A stretch of 56,314 nucleotides of DNA, counting the filler, from Sphacelaria rigidula (lineage: Eukaryota): the NCBI GenBank assembly GCA_964200075.2. It is 6 parts of 6 records of this genome, joined end to end, with 100 filler letters (N's around TTAATTAATTAA, not from the genome) between each part and the next. Parts side by side here need not be neighbours in the genome. Positions count along the whole stretch, not along the records: positions 28,210 to 37,511 come from CAXNAA020008804.1; positions 37,612 to 46,913 come from CAXNAA020008805.1; positions 47,014 to 56,314 come from CAXNAA020008806.1; 3 more parts are not named here. One strand, given 5' to 3'. The notes under the pieces were generated by a model. The model ran no database searches. It was not told the DNA's origin and saw only the letters and a list, made by a program, of their open reading frames with translations. Position numbers and translations under genes: made by a program. Shown piece by piece: positions 35,700 to 47,567 of this stretch (the first letter of the stretch is position 1; every line of letters begins with the position of its first letter).

Positions 35700-37432
35700 G
35701 CGGCGGCAATGAGGAGATGCCAACCCCATCCCCCGCAACCTTCCCCCCCCCCCCCCCCCCCCCCCCCCACCCAACCCACAAGCACGCGCCTGCCCCGCAC
35801 GCACNNNNNNNNNNCCTTCGCCCCCCGGGCGCGGGGCGGACTGAGGGAGTCCCCACCCCCCCCCCCCCAACCCCCCCCCCCCCCCCCCCGAATTTCGGAC
35901 AAAATTACATGGACTGTTGTGTCAACAGGACCCACGAGTAACCTGCTCGATTGATTAAAATGACCACTGGGCTCGTGTTGAACCATCGATCACGCTAGCA
36001 GCATTGGTAGGACACCGTACCATACTGCCCCGTTCATGTTGGTACTGTGTGTAAAGAGCAAGACCCAAACGTGTAGGAATAGTAACCGAAGTTCCTGTTG
36101 GTTACATACTCACAATTTGCCCGCTACCCGTACGATGTATTTTGGGTAGATGATGTTTCTATCTCAAACAAGAGAACTCATTCCGCAAGCACTGGCCAAC
36201 CGCGCCAGCTCGTGTGGTCACACTTCGGTCACATGTTTCGGGCTAGCAACTTTGAGCGGAAAGAATGGAAGGGAGAAGGGATCAGAGCCGTCGATACACG
36301 ATGCCACTTTGTTTCAAAGCATATCCGCTTTGATCTTGGCACTTGTTGGTTTTTGTCGCAGGAGACGGCGGGTATGTATGTGTTTCATGTGCACGGGCAT
36401 TTTCTACTTATAGTAGCAGATTGGAATACCATGAAGAAGGGCCGAAGCTTTGTGTCGTCTTGATTATCGCGACGGTCGAGCGCACCAGGTTTTACTTCTG
36501 ATGGATTTAGATTATAAATATCGCAAAAACGCCGTTCTGCATATGCGATAGGACGACCAAGCAATACGGCACGAGCCGCACCCATTGTTGGTTTCATACA
36601 TAGCTGTTCGGGTGGTCCAATGCGGTCACAAAATCGAGGCGCTAGCTCACATGGGTATCATCATATTTGCCCCGACGAAGAACAGTCAGGGAGACAGGAC
36701 CCAAATTGCTCGTGTGGGTTGGGAACGAACCCTCCCTGCTCCCGCATCCTATGCCATGACTTAAAATATCTACAATTTTCACTTTCCACAGCGTGGAAGA
36801 CCTTTCACAACAAGAATTCAGTGAACGGGACGTATGGCAAACAACGCGGTAGCATCGTTCCGTGAAAAGGGAGCCTCATTGTGCGGCGGGTACTCTAAGA
36901 AACGCACCCGACGCGCAGAAAGTTCTCTTCGACTGTGATCGAAAGAGAAAACAGCCCAAAGGCTCAACGGAAGTTGAAACATAGAGGCGCTTCGGGCCCC
37001 ACCCAAACTGCACCACTTTATGAAGGCATACAGCATGTGCATATCATACATGGAAACGAGAATGTTTTTGTCCACAGGCAAATGGATTTCCCGGACCCAC
37101 GCTAGGGCTACTGGTCGATATGTCAGGTGCTCCTATAGAAGTGGTGTCTGCTGTACTTTGCCATAGTGTAAGCACACTGCGGCCTGAAGCCCCCGCTGTT
37201 CATGTTTGTGCGCCTCGCGATGTGTGTACTGCCTTGCTCCAATCTCCGTACAAAAATGAAGCAAAATGAACACTAGAGCCTCTCCTGAATAAAAGTAATT
37301 ATGATTTCCTACACTGAAGTCAAATAACTCATTTTCCACAGAGAAGTCTAGTGACTATTCTATGATTAACTAAAAACAGACAATTTCCTGGTGCCATACG
37401 AAACTCAAGAACATGCCCCCCCCCCCCCATAG

Positions 37433-37478
37433 CCTGATCCGGCGAGAACCCGGCGTGCTCCGTCCCGGCTTTGTAGGG
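37433..37478 (+). mobile_element. Subfamily A stub (partial), directly after a C13 run
   Basis: cctgatccggcgagaacccggcgtgctccgtcccggctttgtaggg, close to the contig end. Confidence 0.75.
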
Positions 37479-37611
37479 GCGGACCCCCGACGAGGTTGGG
37501 GTCGCGTGGCGNNNNNNNNNNNNNNNNNNNNNNNNNNNNNNNNNNNNNNNNNNNNTTAATTAATTAANNNNNNNNNNNNNNNNNNNNNNNNNNNNNNNNN
37601 NNNNNNNNNNN

Positions 37612-37754
37612 TATTGGCGACATTGACTCGAACGAACCCAAGCGTGGGAATTCCCAGCTCCTCGTTGTGCTCGGCGTTTCTCATTTCAATCTACGTGAAG
37701 ATTTTGCCTCCCAAAACCATGCACTTTTGGGAGGGGGCTATCGTAGAAAGTGTC
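37612..37754. mobile_element. GACAC-TIR MITE, right half, inserted in the Ngaro/DIRS RT
   Basis: Matches 44811-44949 and ends ggggctatcgtagaaagtgtc. Confidence 0.85.
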
Positions 37755-39089
37755 GCCTCTATCTCGGTATCCCAATCTGTACTCTTTTGGGGGGCTAGAA
37801 TAGGTGTCTCGCCTTCTTCTCCGTTGCCGAAGAGTCTGACGTGGTCGGATGCGAGGGACGCGGACGCGATCAAAGCGCTCGTGTCGTGATCGGAGTGCTG
37901 TTCGCGAATCTGCAGGTAGTCGTCTACGTACACTGACGTGAAGAAATTATCATGTAAGCCTCCTGCTGAGTGTGGGGTGGTCGTAGAATCTTTTGGATTT
38001 GGTGTGGGGTCCCCCGTTTCCTACCTATCGGCTATCTTGACGTGAGCTGTCATCTCCTTGCCTTCTGGCAGTAAAACCGCGTTGCCAATGCTCGTCTTGC
38101 AGTGGGCGTGTTCTGCCGCCGATGCCAATACTCCCCAGAAACTTGGCGAGCCTGACCAGCCGAACGTGAGCCGGAAGTCACACACGACCAGGTTGTCCAC
38201 AACGTAGCCGAATTGATGGGCGTGGTCTGGATCTATCCTCACATTACGGAACGCATCCGATACATCTGCCTTTGCCATTAGTATGCGTTTTTTAGGGTAT
38301 TTTTTTCGCAACGAAATGAGCTCCTTGAGGAACTTATGCAGCGCTTCTCCGCATAAACAGGCCGACACGTCTTCAGGGTTTGTGTCGCCGGTCGACCCTC
38401 TTTCTCTTTTCCGAATGCGTTGCGCGTCGAAATACAAATCGTTGATTATGCGGACTTTGTGTGTGGTTACTGCTCCCAGGGGGGACAACCGCAGGTTCGG
38501 GTTTTTTCGGGCGGCCGACGTTTCGCCTATCAGACATTTTCCCCTGCCTACATCATCTCCCAGTTATTCCCAAATGTTTGGTTGTTGATCGTGGGCGCTA
38601 CTGTGGTTGTCATACTGTAGTGCGCAGTCGAGGTTCTCTTGCGTGGGGGATGCAGTGACTGCCGCGCCGACGGGAACACCTGTGGATACAATAGTAACGA
38701 GTTCGTCTGTCTGCGGGAAACCCTTTCTCTCCCCGAAATACTTCCTGATCTCGTGCGGGTCTGCCGGCGGCGTGACTAGCGGTCCCCCGATAGACCTCGC
38801 GACATCCCCAATGCGTCCACCGTGTTTTTCTGTGATGCGCGTGCAGATATTTGCGAGTCTGTACAGTATGTCTTCCTTTTTCTTGGCTCTGATACCTGAT
38901 TTTTTCAACTCTCCTTTTTCTGAGTAGCACAGTGCCTCTAGTTCAGCGTCAGACTGTCCCGATCCATCTCCACCGTTAGGAGGCGGCTCCGCCGCCGACC
39001 GGCTAGACTGAAAACCAATACATGATACACCTGTTTTCCGTCCTGCACCAGACGCCGAACTACTGGCTCCTTGATCCGTTGAGGAATTA

Positions 39090-39570
39090 CTAGCGAGGTA
39101 ACTGGCCCCTGGTTCTGCGGAAGGGTAACTGGTCCTATGCTCACTGAGGTGGACACTGATCCTACGATCACTGGTGAAAACCTGTCCTCGTGTTTACTAG
39201 GGGGGTAACTGGCCCCACGTTCAGTGAAGGGATAACTGGCCTCATAGTCAGAAATGGGGTGACTGGCCCCATGGTCACTACTGGGGTAACTGACCCCACG
39301 GTTAGTGAAGGGATAACTGACCCCATGATCACTTGAGGGGTAACTGGCCCCACGGTCGCTGCTGGGGTAACTGACCCCATGATCGTTCAAGGGGTAACTG
39401 GCCCCACTGTCAGTGAAGGGGTAACTGGCCCCATGATCGCTCAACAGGTAACTGGCCCCACGGTCGCTGAAGGGGTAACTGGCCCTACGGTCACTGAAGG
39501 GGTAACTGGCCCCACGGTCACTGAAGACTTAACTGGCCCCACGTTCACGAATGGCATAACTGGTCCCTGC
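39090..39570. repeat. 30-bp tandem repeat inside the retroelement pol N-terminal region
   Basis: ggggtaactggccccacggtcactgaa-type units, about 12 clear copies at 39200-39570 plus degenerate ones. They encode 10-aa repeats (VGPVTP...). Confidence 0.9.
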
Positions 39571-40215
39571 TGCATGCAAAACTGTCGGGGTTTGCTCTAG
39601 TGTGCCAGGGGTTACTGTTGTCGGCGGCGCTACGCCGACCGCCTGTGAGAGCGAAACTGAGTGGGTTTTTGCTATCTGGCGGGTTCCGCGATCGTGTCCT
39701 GAGTTAACTGACGTGACAAACTGCCGAGGGCACACTGATACCCCGTTTCCTTCGTACCCCTGATTTCCCATGTGTTCACAACCCCGGTCGCAAGGCACCG
39801 CTACCTCTGTCTGCTCTCTACATCTCCCACCATGAAACACGGTCGCTGGGACCGACCCAGGTGAAGGTGCCCCGATAAGCCTCGCGGACCTAGAGGCGCC
39901 CGCAAACATCGTGTTTACGTCGTTACCCGCTTCTCCTGTCAATGTCGGCCCTGCCGGTGGGTAGAGCCCGCGCCCTCATCCGCTCCCGTTTCCTCTCCCG
40001 GCGGCGGCGCCACCCCCCCTTCCCCCGCCGCGCCCTCCGTAGCTGTGTGAATACCGTGCTACCGGTGCCGGGGCGGGCGCCGGTTGCTGGTGCTGGTGAG
40101 CAGGCAGTTGTTGGACCTGAGTTAGTGCCTACTATGCCGGGGTTACCGGAGGCTGCGGGGGCGGAGGCGGTGGTGGTGTCTGGTTCGGCGCCGGCGCTGT
40201 CGGCGTCGGCGTAGC

Positions 40216-41484
40216 CTACGCCTGCCCGGATGCCAGCGGGGACACGATATCGTGTGAGAACCTGCAGTTGTTGCGCGTGCACGGTTGGTTTTGCCAGTGG
40301 TAAACGCAAACGTGCTTCGGAGTCTGCCACTGGATCTTTCTCTGCACGAAGGTCGACGGGGGTCCCGCCGGCGTGGTGTTGCTCGAAGAGGGGGGAGCTG
40401 GGGGGCCTGCCTGCGACGTCGCTTTCCGTTTTTTGTTGGGTTTTGCCTCGCCGACCGGCCAGAATGCAGACCTCTCGACGAGGCAGTTAGGCCCGTCCTC
40501 GGTGACGAGGGCTTTTAGTTTTGTAAAAGCTGGCGCCGCTACCGGTTCCCCCGTCATCGACGGTGGAACTACGGCCGGGTATGTCCTCCGGAGCTGTTGT
40601 GCCTGAAGTGCCACCCGGTAGAAGAACTCCTCTATGCTAGTGTCCATGGCTGTTGAAAGCTTGTCGCGCACCGTCGTTTTATGTGAGTACAGTGGTGTGT
40701 AATGATAATCTGTGTACTCCCTTACTTGGTTAGCTACTGATTCGAACTCCGACTGGAGGGCGCGCGTGCGTGTCTTGCATAACTCGGGAGCGTGCTCCAT
40801 GGGGGTGAGCAAAAGCGTGAGCAGGGACGCGACAAACGTGTGAAAATGCATATCAGCCGGCATGTCCATGGGCGTTGAGCCTGGTGGCACCGGTTTTTTT
40901 AAGCTCATTGTCTTGAAATTGGCCAGGGTTTGCAGCTGGTTGGCGGACGCGTGCGTAACGTGAGCCACCTTCTTGAGCGTGAGTTGTTGTAGGTGGAAAG
41001 TGAGATCTTCACTGACGTCAAAGCCCCCTCTCAGGAGGAAAAACATGGGCCCAGTGGTGGCCCGCCACGAGTCGACGGCACGTTTGGCATTTGCTTTCAT
41101 ACCCGCCTGTTCAGCTGCGGTCCGTTGTGCCGCCGCTTGCGCGCCAGCTGCTGAAACCTGCGGTTGTGGTGGTTGTTGCCACCCGTTCCCGATCTGTAGC
41201 GGTGGTTGCTGTGGGGGTGCCTGCGGGAGTGATAGGAGCTGCGGCTGCTGGTTATTCTCGACAGCCTGCAGGCGATTGGCCAACTGGGCCAATACGGCCA
41301 GCATGTGCTGCTGGAACACCTGCTGCAACATGACGGGTGCTTGCAGTAGTACGCCCTGAGGTTGGTCGACTGCCGCTCCTGCTGCCGCGTGTGGGTTATT
41401 ATGCCCTGCCATCCCCTCGCCGCCTTGGTGTGCTTGGCTCCCGCCGCCGTCTACGGGAGGTCCAACGGCCCCCACCCCAGCCAT
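40216..41484 (-). CDS. Gag-like ORF1 (422 aa) with C-terminal CCCH zinc finger
   Basis: Intact ORF with a Q/P-rich N-terminus, ending CVYHWQNQPCTRNNCRFSH (C-x8-C-x4-C-x3-H), upstream of the RT. Confidence 0.8.
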   Translation of the reverse strand: MAGVGAVGPPVDGGGSQAHQGGEGMAGHNNPHAAAGAAVDQPQGVLLQAPVMLQQVFQQHMLAVLAQLANRLQAVENNQQPQLLSLPQAPPQQPPLQIGNGWQQPPQPQVSAAGAQAAAQRTAAEQAGMKANAKRAVDSWRATTGPMFFLLRGGFDVSEDLTFHLQQLTLKKVAHVTHASANQLQTLANFKTMSLKKPVPPGSTPMDMPADMHFHTFVASLLTLLLTPMEHAPELCKTRTRALQSEFESVANQVREYTDYHYTPLYSHKTTVRDKLSTAMDTSIEEFFYRVALQAQQLRRTYPAVVPPSMTGEPVAAPAFTKLKALVTEDGPNCLVERSAFWPVGEAKPNKKRKATSQAGPPAPPSSSNTTPAGPPSTFVQRKIQWQTPKHVCVYHWQNQPCTRNNCRFSHDIVSPLASGQA

Positions 41485-41907
41485 GCCGTTTCCGTGTGGT
41501 GCCAGATTTTCATCTCTGCCTGCTTGAGCCGCGCCCCCGCCAATGCCAGATATGATGTAAAAGTCGATCGATCCTCTGCGAAGCGCGCTAGTTCTTGCCT
41601 ACTTCTCCCTACTTGTGATGCTTTTACCAGTAGGCCGCTGCTGGATGACGGCTACTTGTTACTGGTGATAGTATCTGTAGTCGTGTGTGCGGCAACCTAG
41701 CTGCGATGGCCAACTTTTCTACTGGCAGCGGCCCTGCAGCTGAGAAACAAGGACAGACAACGTACCGTTTTCTGTACGTACGTCCCACATTGTCGGAATT
41801 CATATACGCCTCCGCAAACACCGCTTTCATACTGAACGCTACATACAAGGGCCGAAACTGCACTTTTCAACAAGGTTTTATTTTTTATACATAAGGAGTA
41901 GCCTTTC

Positions 41908-42352
41908 AGGCCACTTCTCATTCGATTTTTTGTTTTTAAGCGCCTATTTCGCCCTCCTCCGTCGTGTTTCCCCGAGGGCTGGGCGAATGTTGACACCTTG
42001 GGATGACTTGCTCTACTCGTTGAGACTATTCCCAAGCACCTTTGCGTTTTCCGTTGGTCGTAGTTCTGGTTTTGGCCCAACTTGCATTTTTAATAACAAA
42101 CGATCATTCTATTTGAAAAACTGGCTGTTCTCCTCCTGTTTTCTGATAGTTGGCCGTTTGTTACTGGGAATGAAACTTGGATCAAAAACAAAACTGCGAC
42201 CTATGGAAAGCGCTCAGACACTCTGGAATAGACTGAAAGAGTAGAGCAAGTGATTCCAAGGGGTCAATACCCGCCTGGGGCGAAAAACGACGGAGAAGGG
42301 CAAAAAAGGCACTTTTCAAAACATCAGTTTTTCGATACATAAGAAGTGGCCT
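41908..42352. mobile_element. MITE with diverged about 110-bp TIRs
   Basis: aggccacttct...cttgctctactc (41908-42018) is inverted at gagtagagcaag...agaagtggcct (42239-42352). Confidence 0.7.
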
Positions 42353-43412
42353 TACACCATCACATATAATTTGAGTGCACGATGGAGCCCTGCACCCTAC
42401 AGTTTCAGAGGAATATGGGGTATCAATTGAAACAGAAGGTGCTGGGAAGGCGTCGGCGGAAATTGTTCGCGCCAATGATGCGTGAAGCAGCGGTGCACAG
42501 CTTCATCCTTTGTTTTTTGTGTTTCAGTCGACTTGTACAACATGGGTCTGGCGTTCTGTGGTACTACCATAGCACAAGAACGGGTTTGCCGTGGGCCAGT
42601 CACTGGCTGACTACTTCAGGTGTTTCCCGCCTTTTTTGTCCCGTCTACTTCGTTGGAACCTCGTCATTCTTCTGCGGTTTCCCGTTTTTTCGGCTGTAGC
42701 GTGTAGTTCGACGGCTGGTCCGTCGAATGAGGAATTTGAAGGGAAAAAGAGGGAGTTGTGACTTTAACACGGCGGGACGCTTGATGCGGAAGTGCCGAAT
42801 GCTGAACCCCAGTTGCCACTGGCTGATTGCATGCAGAGCATTTTGCACATGTTGTACATGGTCACTACACCTCGAAGGGATGTAATAGAGTATATATGCC
42901 AAGGTTAGTCGTTCCGTTGCACGACATCCGAAAACGAGAAAATAACACACGGTAGCCCGCGACCACAAAGTACGAAATACATTATGGCCTGCTGTTCAAC
43001 TATATGCGTGTGTGTCGGCCCGGACGTGCGATTCTTTCGCTCTTATCCCCATGTGCGGCCAGCCTTGGCTTCCTCGTTCCCATTCGCCGCTCCTCACGAT
43101 GAGTCTCTTCTGCTGCATGCTACAGGCAAATTATTTTGAATCGCTCATCACTTTGAATGACATTTTAATATATACTAAGTGAAGATAACACAAGCGAGAT
43201 ACCGCAATTTTTCTTGCCTCCAGTGGCGCTCCCGCGAGGCCCGCTCACCAGCAGGGGGGGGCGTTGGGGCTCCGCCACCGATGATGAACTGGAAAACAAT
43301 CGATGTACTAGCCACGCCAGCGGTCAGTTTAAACTTAGCTGGCCGAAGCTGCGAGTCCATAGCCCTAATAGTATCATTTTGCACACAAAACAAAAAGAAC
43401 CGTGTTCCGTCA

Positions 43413-43715
43413 GACACTTTCTACGATACCCCCCCCCCAAAAAAACCCCCAGCCCATAAGTGTAACAAAAAAGATGGTCATACAGCTCCTGATGTTTAGG
43501 TTCAGGCTGCATGAAGTGCCTCATGTGGGCGACACTCGCGAGAAGGCACCCAAGCGTGGGAATTTCCGGCTGCTCGTTGTGCTCGGCTAATTCCAGTTCG
43601 ATTTACATCAAGAGTTTGCCTCCCCGAACCAGGCACTTTTGTTTTGGGGGGGGGGGGTGTACTCATGATCATGCATGCCCTTTTGGTGGAGGGGAGGAGT
43701 ATCGTAGAAAGTGTC
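43413..43715. mobile_element. GACAC-TIR MITE with 4-bp TSD (gtca)
   Basis: TIR gacactttctacgata / tatcgtagaaagtgtc; gtca at 43409-43412 and 43716-43719. Confidence 0.88.
43646..43680 (-). mobile_element. Minimal subfamily A stub nested in the MITE G-run
   Basis: The minus strand reads gggcatgcatgatcatgagtaca(C)12, with ttttgg duplicated on both sides. The segment is absent from the other two MITE copies. Confidence 0.75.
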
Positions 43716-44707
43716 GTCAGGGTGAGGGCTTGAAGACTTCGTTGAAGTCCGACAATTGTGTATGATAGGGGTAAAGTTGGGTGTCATGAGCAACACGAGA
43801 GGTGCGCAATGTACCCAACACCGTTGCAACGATTTACCTTTTTGCCGTGCATGTTTAATTCCCATGCCCAGGGAGTCACGTGCTGATGTGGCGGAGACGT
43901 GCCGCCAAGTGTACGACACTTGGACCTCAGAGGAGGAAGTACCCGCGGCGAGGACCCACCTCTCTCGACCATCGAAAGGGTGCGGAAGATCTGCTGCTGG
44001 CGACCTAGAGCTTTTTCGCTGGCGCACCCGAGGGAGTTGAATGTTGTCAGGCATTTTCCAACCCTCGCCTTCTAGGCACCTATCTACAAGGGAATCTCAT
44101 CCCATGAAACAAGTAAAGTGGTGCAGCTCGCCGAGGTAGTGCAGTTGCAGTGTAAGCGTTGCGAGATGACACACGGGGACTGGGGGTGACTCGATTGAAG
44201 AGCAGTCACCACACGATCCCTTACGGTTCGGACCACATCAGGTGTGGCGGCATGGTGACGAGGATCGCCGATTTTCATGGAATTGGCTCTACATGATACT
44301 CTCGTCTTTTTTACCCTCTCTTCAATTTTGCCCTTGTTTGGATTGAGTATTTTTATAGTGTGCTGTGTTTACTACTCGGAGTATATTGTTTCTTGCATAT
44401 TTGCCGCTTTTCGAGTTAGCGATGGTTTTCGTTTAGTCACGCTGGGTATACGGCAACAGTCAGGCAAGCAAGCGAAAATCAACGGTGAAGGTGCGGGTGG
44501 GGACGATGGACCGAAAGGAACAGTAACATTAGTCATGCTCGCATGCGACATATCCGATTTATATGCCCGCAGTGCGCTTTTGATCGTAGGATGTGCGACA
44601 TTGCCGACAGTCGAGCAATTCGCCTGGATGTCGTGACAGTCGACCTTATATCGCCGGATGCCGGTGCAGTCGCCCAAGAAAATGCTCGAGAGTGGAAAGC
44701 TTCAAGT

Positions 44708-44949
44708 GACACTTTTTACGATAGCCCCCCCCCATAACCAGCTGGAAGTGTCACGAAAAAAATGACCATATAGCGCCTGATGCCGGGTTCAGGCTGCATG
44801 AAGCACCTCATATTGGCGACATTGGCTAGAACGAACCCAAGCGTGGGAATTCCCGGCTTCTCGTTNNNNNNNNNNCATTTCGATTTACGTCAAGATTTTG
44901 CCTCCCAAAATCATGCACTTTTGGGGGGGGGGCTATCGTAGAAAGTGTC
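44708..44949. mobile_element. GACAC-TIR MITE with 4-bp TSD (aagt)
   Basis: gacactttttacgatagccccc ... gggggctatcgtagaaagtgtc; aagt at 44704-44707 and 44950-44953. Confidence 0.88.
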
Positions 44950-45256
44950 AAGTGAAGGCTATCACATCATGTCTGACCGAAATGACACACCGGTATCGTA
45001 CAGAAGCGAAGTGCCACACATCTATATCACAGAACACTGAAAAGTGTCTGACGCGGCACTAAAACTGCTTCGCTTATCATGTCGTATGAATAGCATTTTT
45101 TTTCACTTTGCAGTACATTGTACAAGGATTTCATCCCATCCTATCGCCAATCGTCAAGTATGGACAGGCATCGCAGGATACCTCCACGCATTCCGGGGGT
45201 GGGAGGAGGGGGGCAAGACACTCGCGGAACCCACCCTTGAAAGCAAGGTCAGCTCA

Positions 45257-46563
45257 TGTTTTTCAAATTTTCAAATTGGTTGTTGTCTCTGCCTATTCCA
45301 GATTCGGCATTGGATTTCTGCGACAGAAAAACAAGCAGAACTTTTTGAAAACTCATAAAAAAACACGTAGAACTTTTTAAAAACTGCTCAAAACGTGACC
45401 CCATGATCTGGGGTACAGTGTACTACACTAGATACAACACAATTCTTCAGTGGTATATGGAGTACAGAGTACTACACTGAACACAAGACAACACAGAAGC
45501 TCTGCAGTGTTTTCTAGAACCTGAACACGTTCTCTTGTTGCAAAGTTATTAGTGTCCAGCTGCTGCAGCTGCTGTACTACTACGGAAGAACACACCCTCG
45601 AGGTAGGGCATGCCGCATCGCGCACACCCACAACACAGCTCACACGCACACATACACCGACGAACCACCACTACAGGCTGGTTCACGCTTATCACCCAAG
45701 AAACACCCATCGGCAAAACCTCACGCCGTTTATAGGAGTAACACCCTGAAATTTTGCACGAATATACTATGGGTCATTACGCTACTTTGCAGGAATGGTC
45801 TTTTTTGAGTTCTTTGAGGTTTTTCACCATTTTTCGAGGGTCCCAGTTTTGGGGGTAAACCTCGACCCAATCGGACCCCCGTAAAACGGTAACAAAAAAC
45901 CCCCGTTCCTCCAAAGTTGCATACTGTCCCAAAGCACAGTTGTGCAAAATTTCAGGGTCCAACTCCTCAATAGGGCGTGAGGGTTCGGCCTTTGTGCCAT
46001 GAAGTTTGCCGTACCGCGGTGAAATCGCAAACTGCTTGATTTTAGTACCAAAACGGCGTTTTTGGGCCTTCTTTGACGTGAACGTGGAAATTCGAGCATC
46101 AGTTGATCGAGTTTTGCAACGAAAATTTGTGGAGCCCATTCTTGGGTTATGCGGAGGCAGATAGTTTGCGAAAAAAACGAAAAAACGAATATCGTCGTGC
46201 CGTTTTTCTTGGGTCGCAGAATGGAGGCTACTTCGACAAACGACTTCGATCCCGTCGGACCCCCGAAGAACGGTGAAAAACTCAAGATGTTCCAATTTTC
46301 AAATTGCTCGTTGTCTCAGGCTATTCCAGATTCGGCATTAGATTCCTGTGACAGAAAACACTCTCGTGTTTTTCGGAATACTTTAAAAAAACAACGAGAA
46401 CTTTTCGAAAACCGCTCAAAAGATGACCCCATCATATGGAGTACAGGGTACTACACAGAAAACAAGCCAACTATGTAGTGGTATATGGAGTACAGAGTAC
46501 TACCCTAAACGCAACACAATACGGCAGTTCTGCAGTGTCTTTTAGTTTCAGAACCTGTAAACG
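45257..46563. repeat. Diverged about 280-bp direct repeat pair (45257-45530 and 46287-46563)
   Basis: Shared ctattccagattcggcatt, gtggtatatggagtacagagtacta and ctgcagtgt...agaacctg in the same order. Confidence 0.75.
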
Positions 46564-47037
46564 AACCTTCTGTGTGTGTGCCCCCGGCTGGTGCGCCCAC
46601 AAATACAAAAAGGTCTAGACCGGTGTCCAGAATGGATGGGACGACAACACACACACGCACAGTGTACATACAAATGCCGCACAACAGACAGCAGACAACT
46701 TGTAGTCTGCCGATGTGGGGGGGGGTGTTGCTCTATTGGAGCGGAAGCTTCGAGGCGAGGATACCACCATCAAACCCAAGAACAAAGGAAAGAGGCGGAT
46801 GCCCGCAACAGCAGCGGCCCAAAGTGGAGATGACTGACGAGTACCGGAAATGGAGCGCACACTACTGGCGGCCCGGAGGGGAAGGAGAAGGAGGAAGAGA
46901 TCGTTGATCGGGGNNNNNNNNNNNNNNNNNNNNNNNNNNNNNNNNNNNNNNNNNNNNTTAATTAATTAANNNNNNNNNNNNNNNNNNNNNNNNNNNNNNN
47001 NNNNNNNNNNNNNCCCCCCCCCCCCCCCCCCCCCCCC

Positions 47038-47112
47038 GAAAGGGATGCGTGGTCAATGGTCAAACGACTAAGGCAAGCAACAAATGAGTACGCCTCCCCC
47101 CCGCGCCCCCCC
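47038..47112 (+). mobile_element. Poly(C)-tailed LINE 3' stub, subfamily B, between C-runs
   Basis: gaaagggatgcgtggtcaatggtcaaacgactaaggcaagcaacaaatgagtacgcctccccccc. Confidence 0.85.
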
Positions 47113-47567
47113 ATTTTCCCCTTCTCTTTTGTGACAATCTTTCGTCCCATTTTCAAGCTTGCTGTATTGTGACGTGTGTCCCCTTTCTGTACCTGCATAG
47201 TTGGCGGACGACAGTTCCTACAAAACAGTACGGCCAGGTCGCAACTCACCTTCGCGACCTTGCCGTTTGCGCATCCCCTTTTCCTCAAGCCCTGGAAGGG
47301 ACCCCTCACGGATTTTATTTAGGTTCATACTGCTTCTGAGCTTGACGCCCATGTCTGTTGATTCTCCCGGTTTCTCTATCGTTCTGCTTCGGGTCTCTCC
47401 TTTTCTCGGCTTACTGGCTCCATTCATGAGGCACCGTCCTAGCACGTGGAACAAGATACAAAATGATTGGCTTGCGAACCGGCTATTTTTGCCATCACCA
47501 ATGGCGTTCTACATCAGGCCACATACCGTACCCATCATACCATGTCGTCGTCCGCAAATTGCCGCAG

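Larger units (their letters stand above)
37755..41560 (-). mobile_element. Ngaro/DIRS-type (tyrosine-recombinase class) retrotransposon, gag plus degenerate RT; 3' part missing
   Basis: RT motifs LSPLGAVTTHKVRIINDL, MAKADVSDAFRNV, RLTFGWSGSPSFW and YVDD, with stops and frameshifts and no protease, downstream of a gag-like ORF. The YR domain is not in the contig, so the class is assigned from RT motifs. The outer boundary is approximate. Confidence 0.8.

Noticed and set aside
39200-39570. CRISPR-like array (also the 42-bp and 100-bp arrays)
   Set aside because: Contiguous tandem units without unique spacers, no cas genes, eukaryotic context.
9304-47013. Regularly spaced TTAATTAATTAA motif every about 9.4 kb
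   Set aside because: Artificial linker between size-sorted contigs; the periodicity is not biological.
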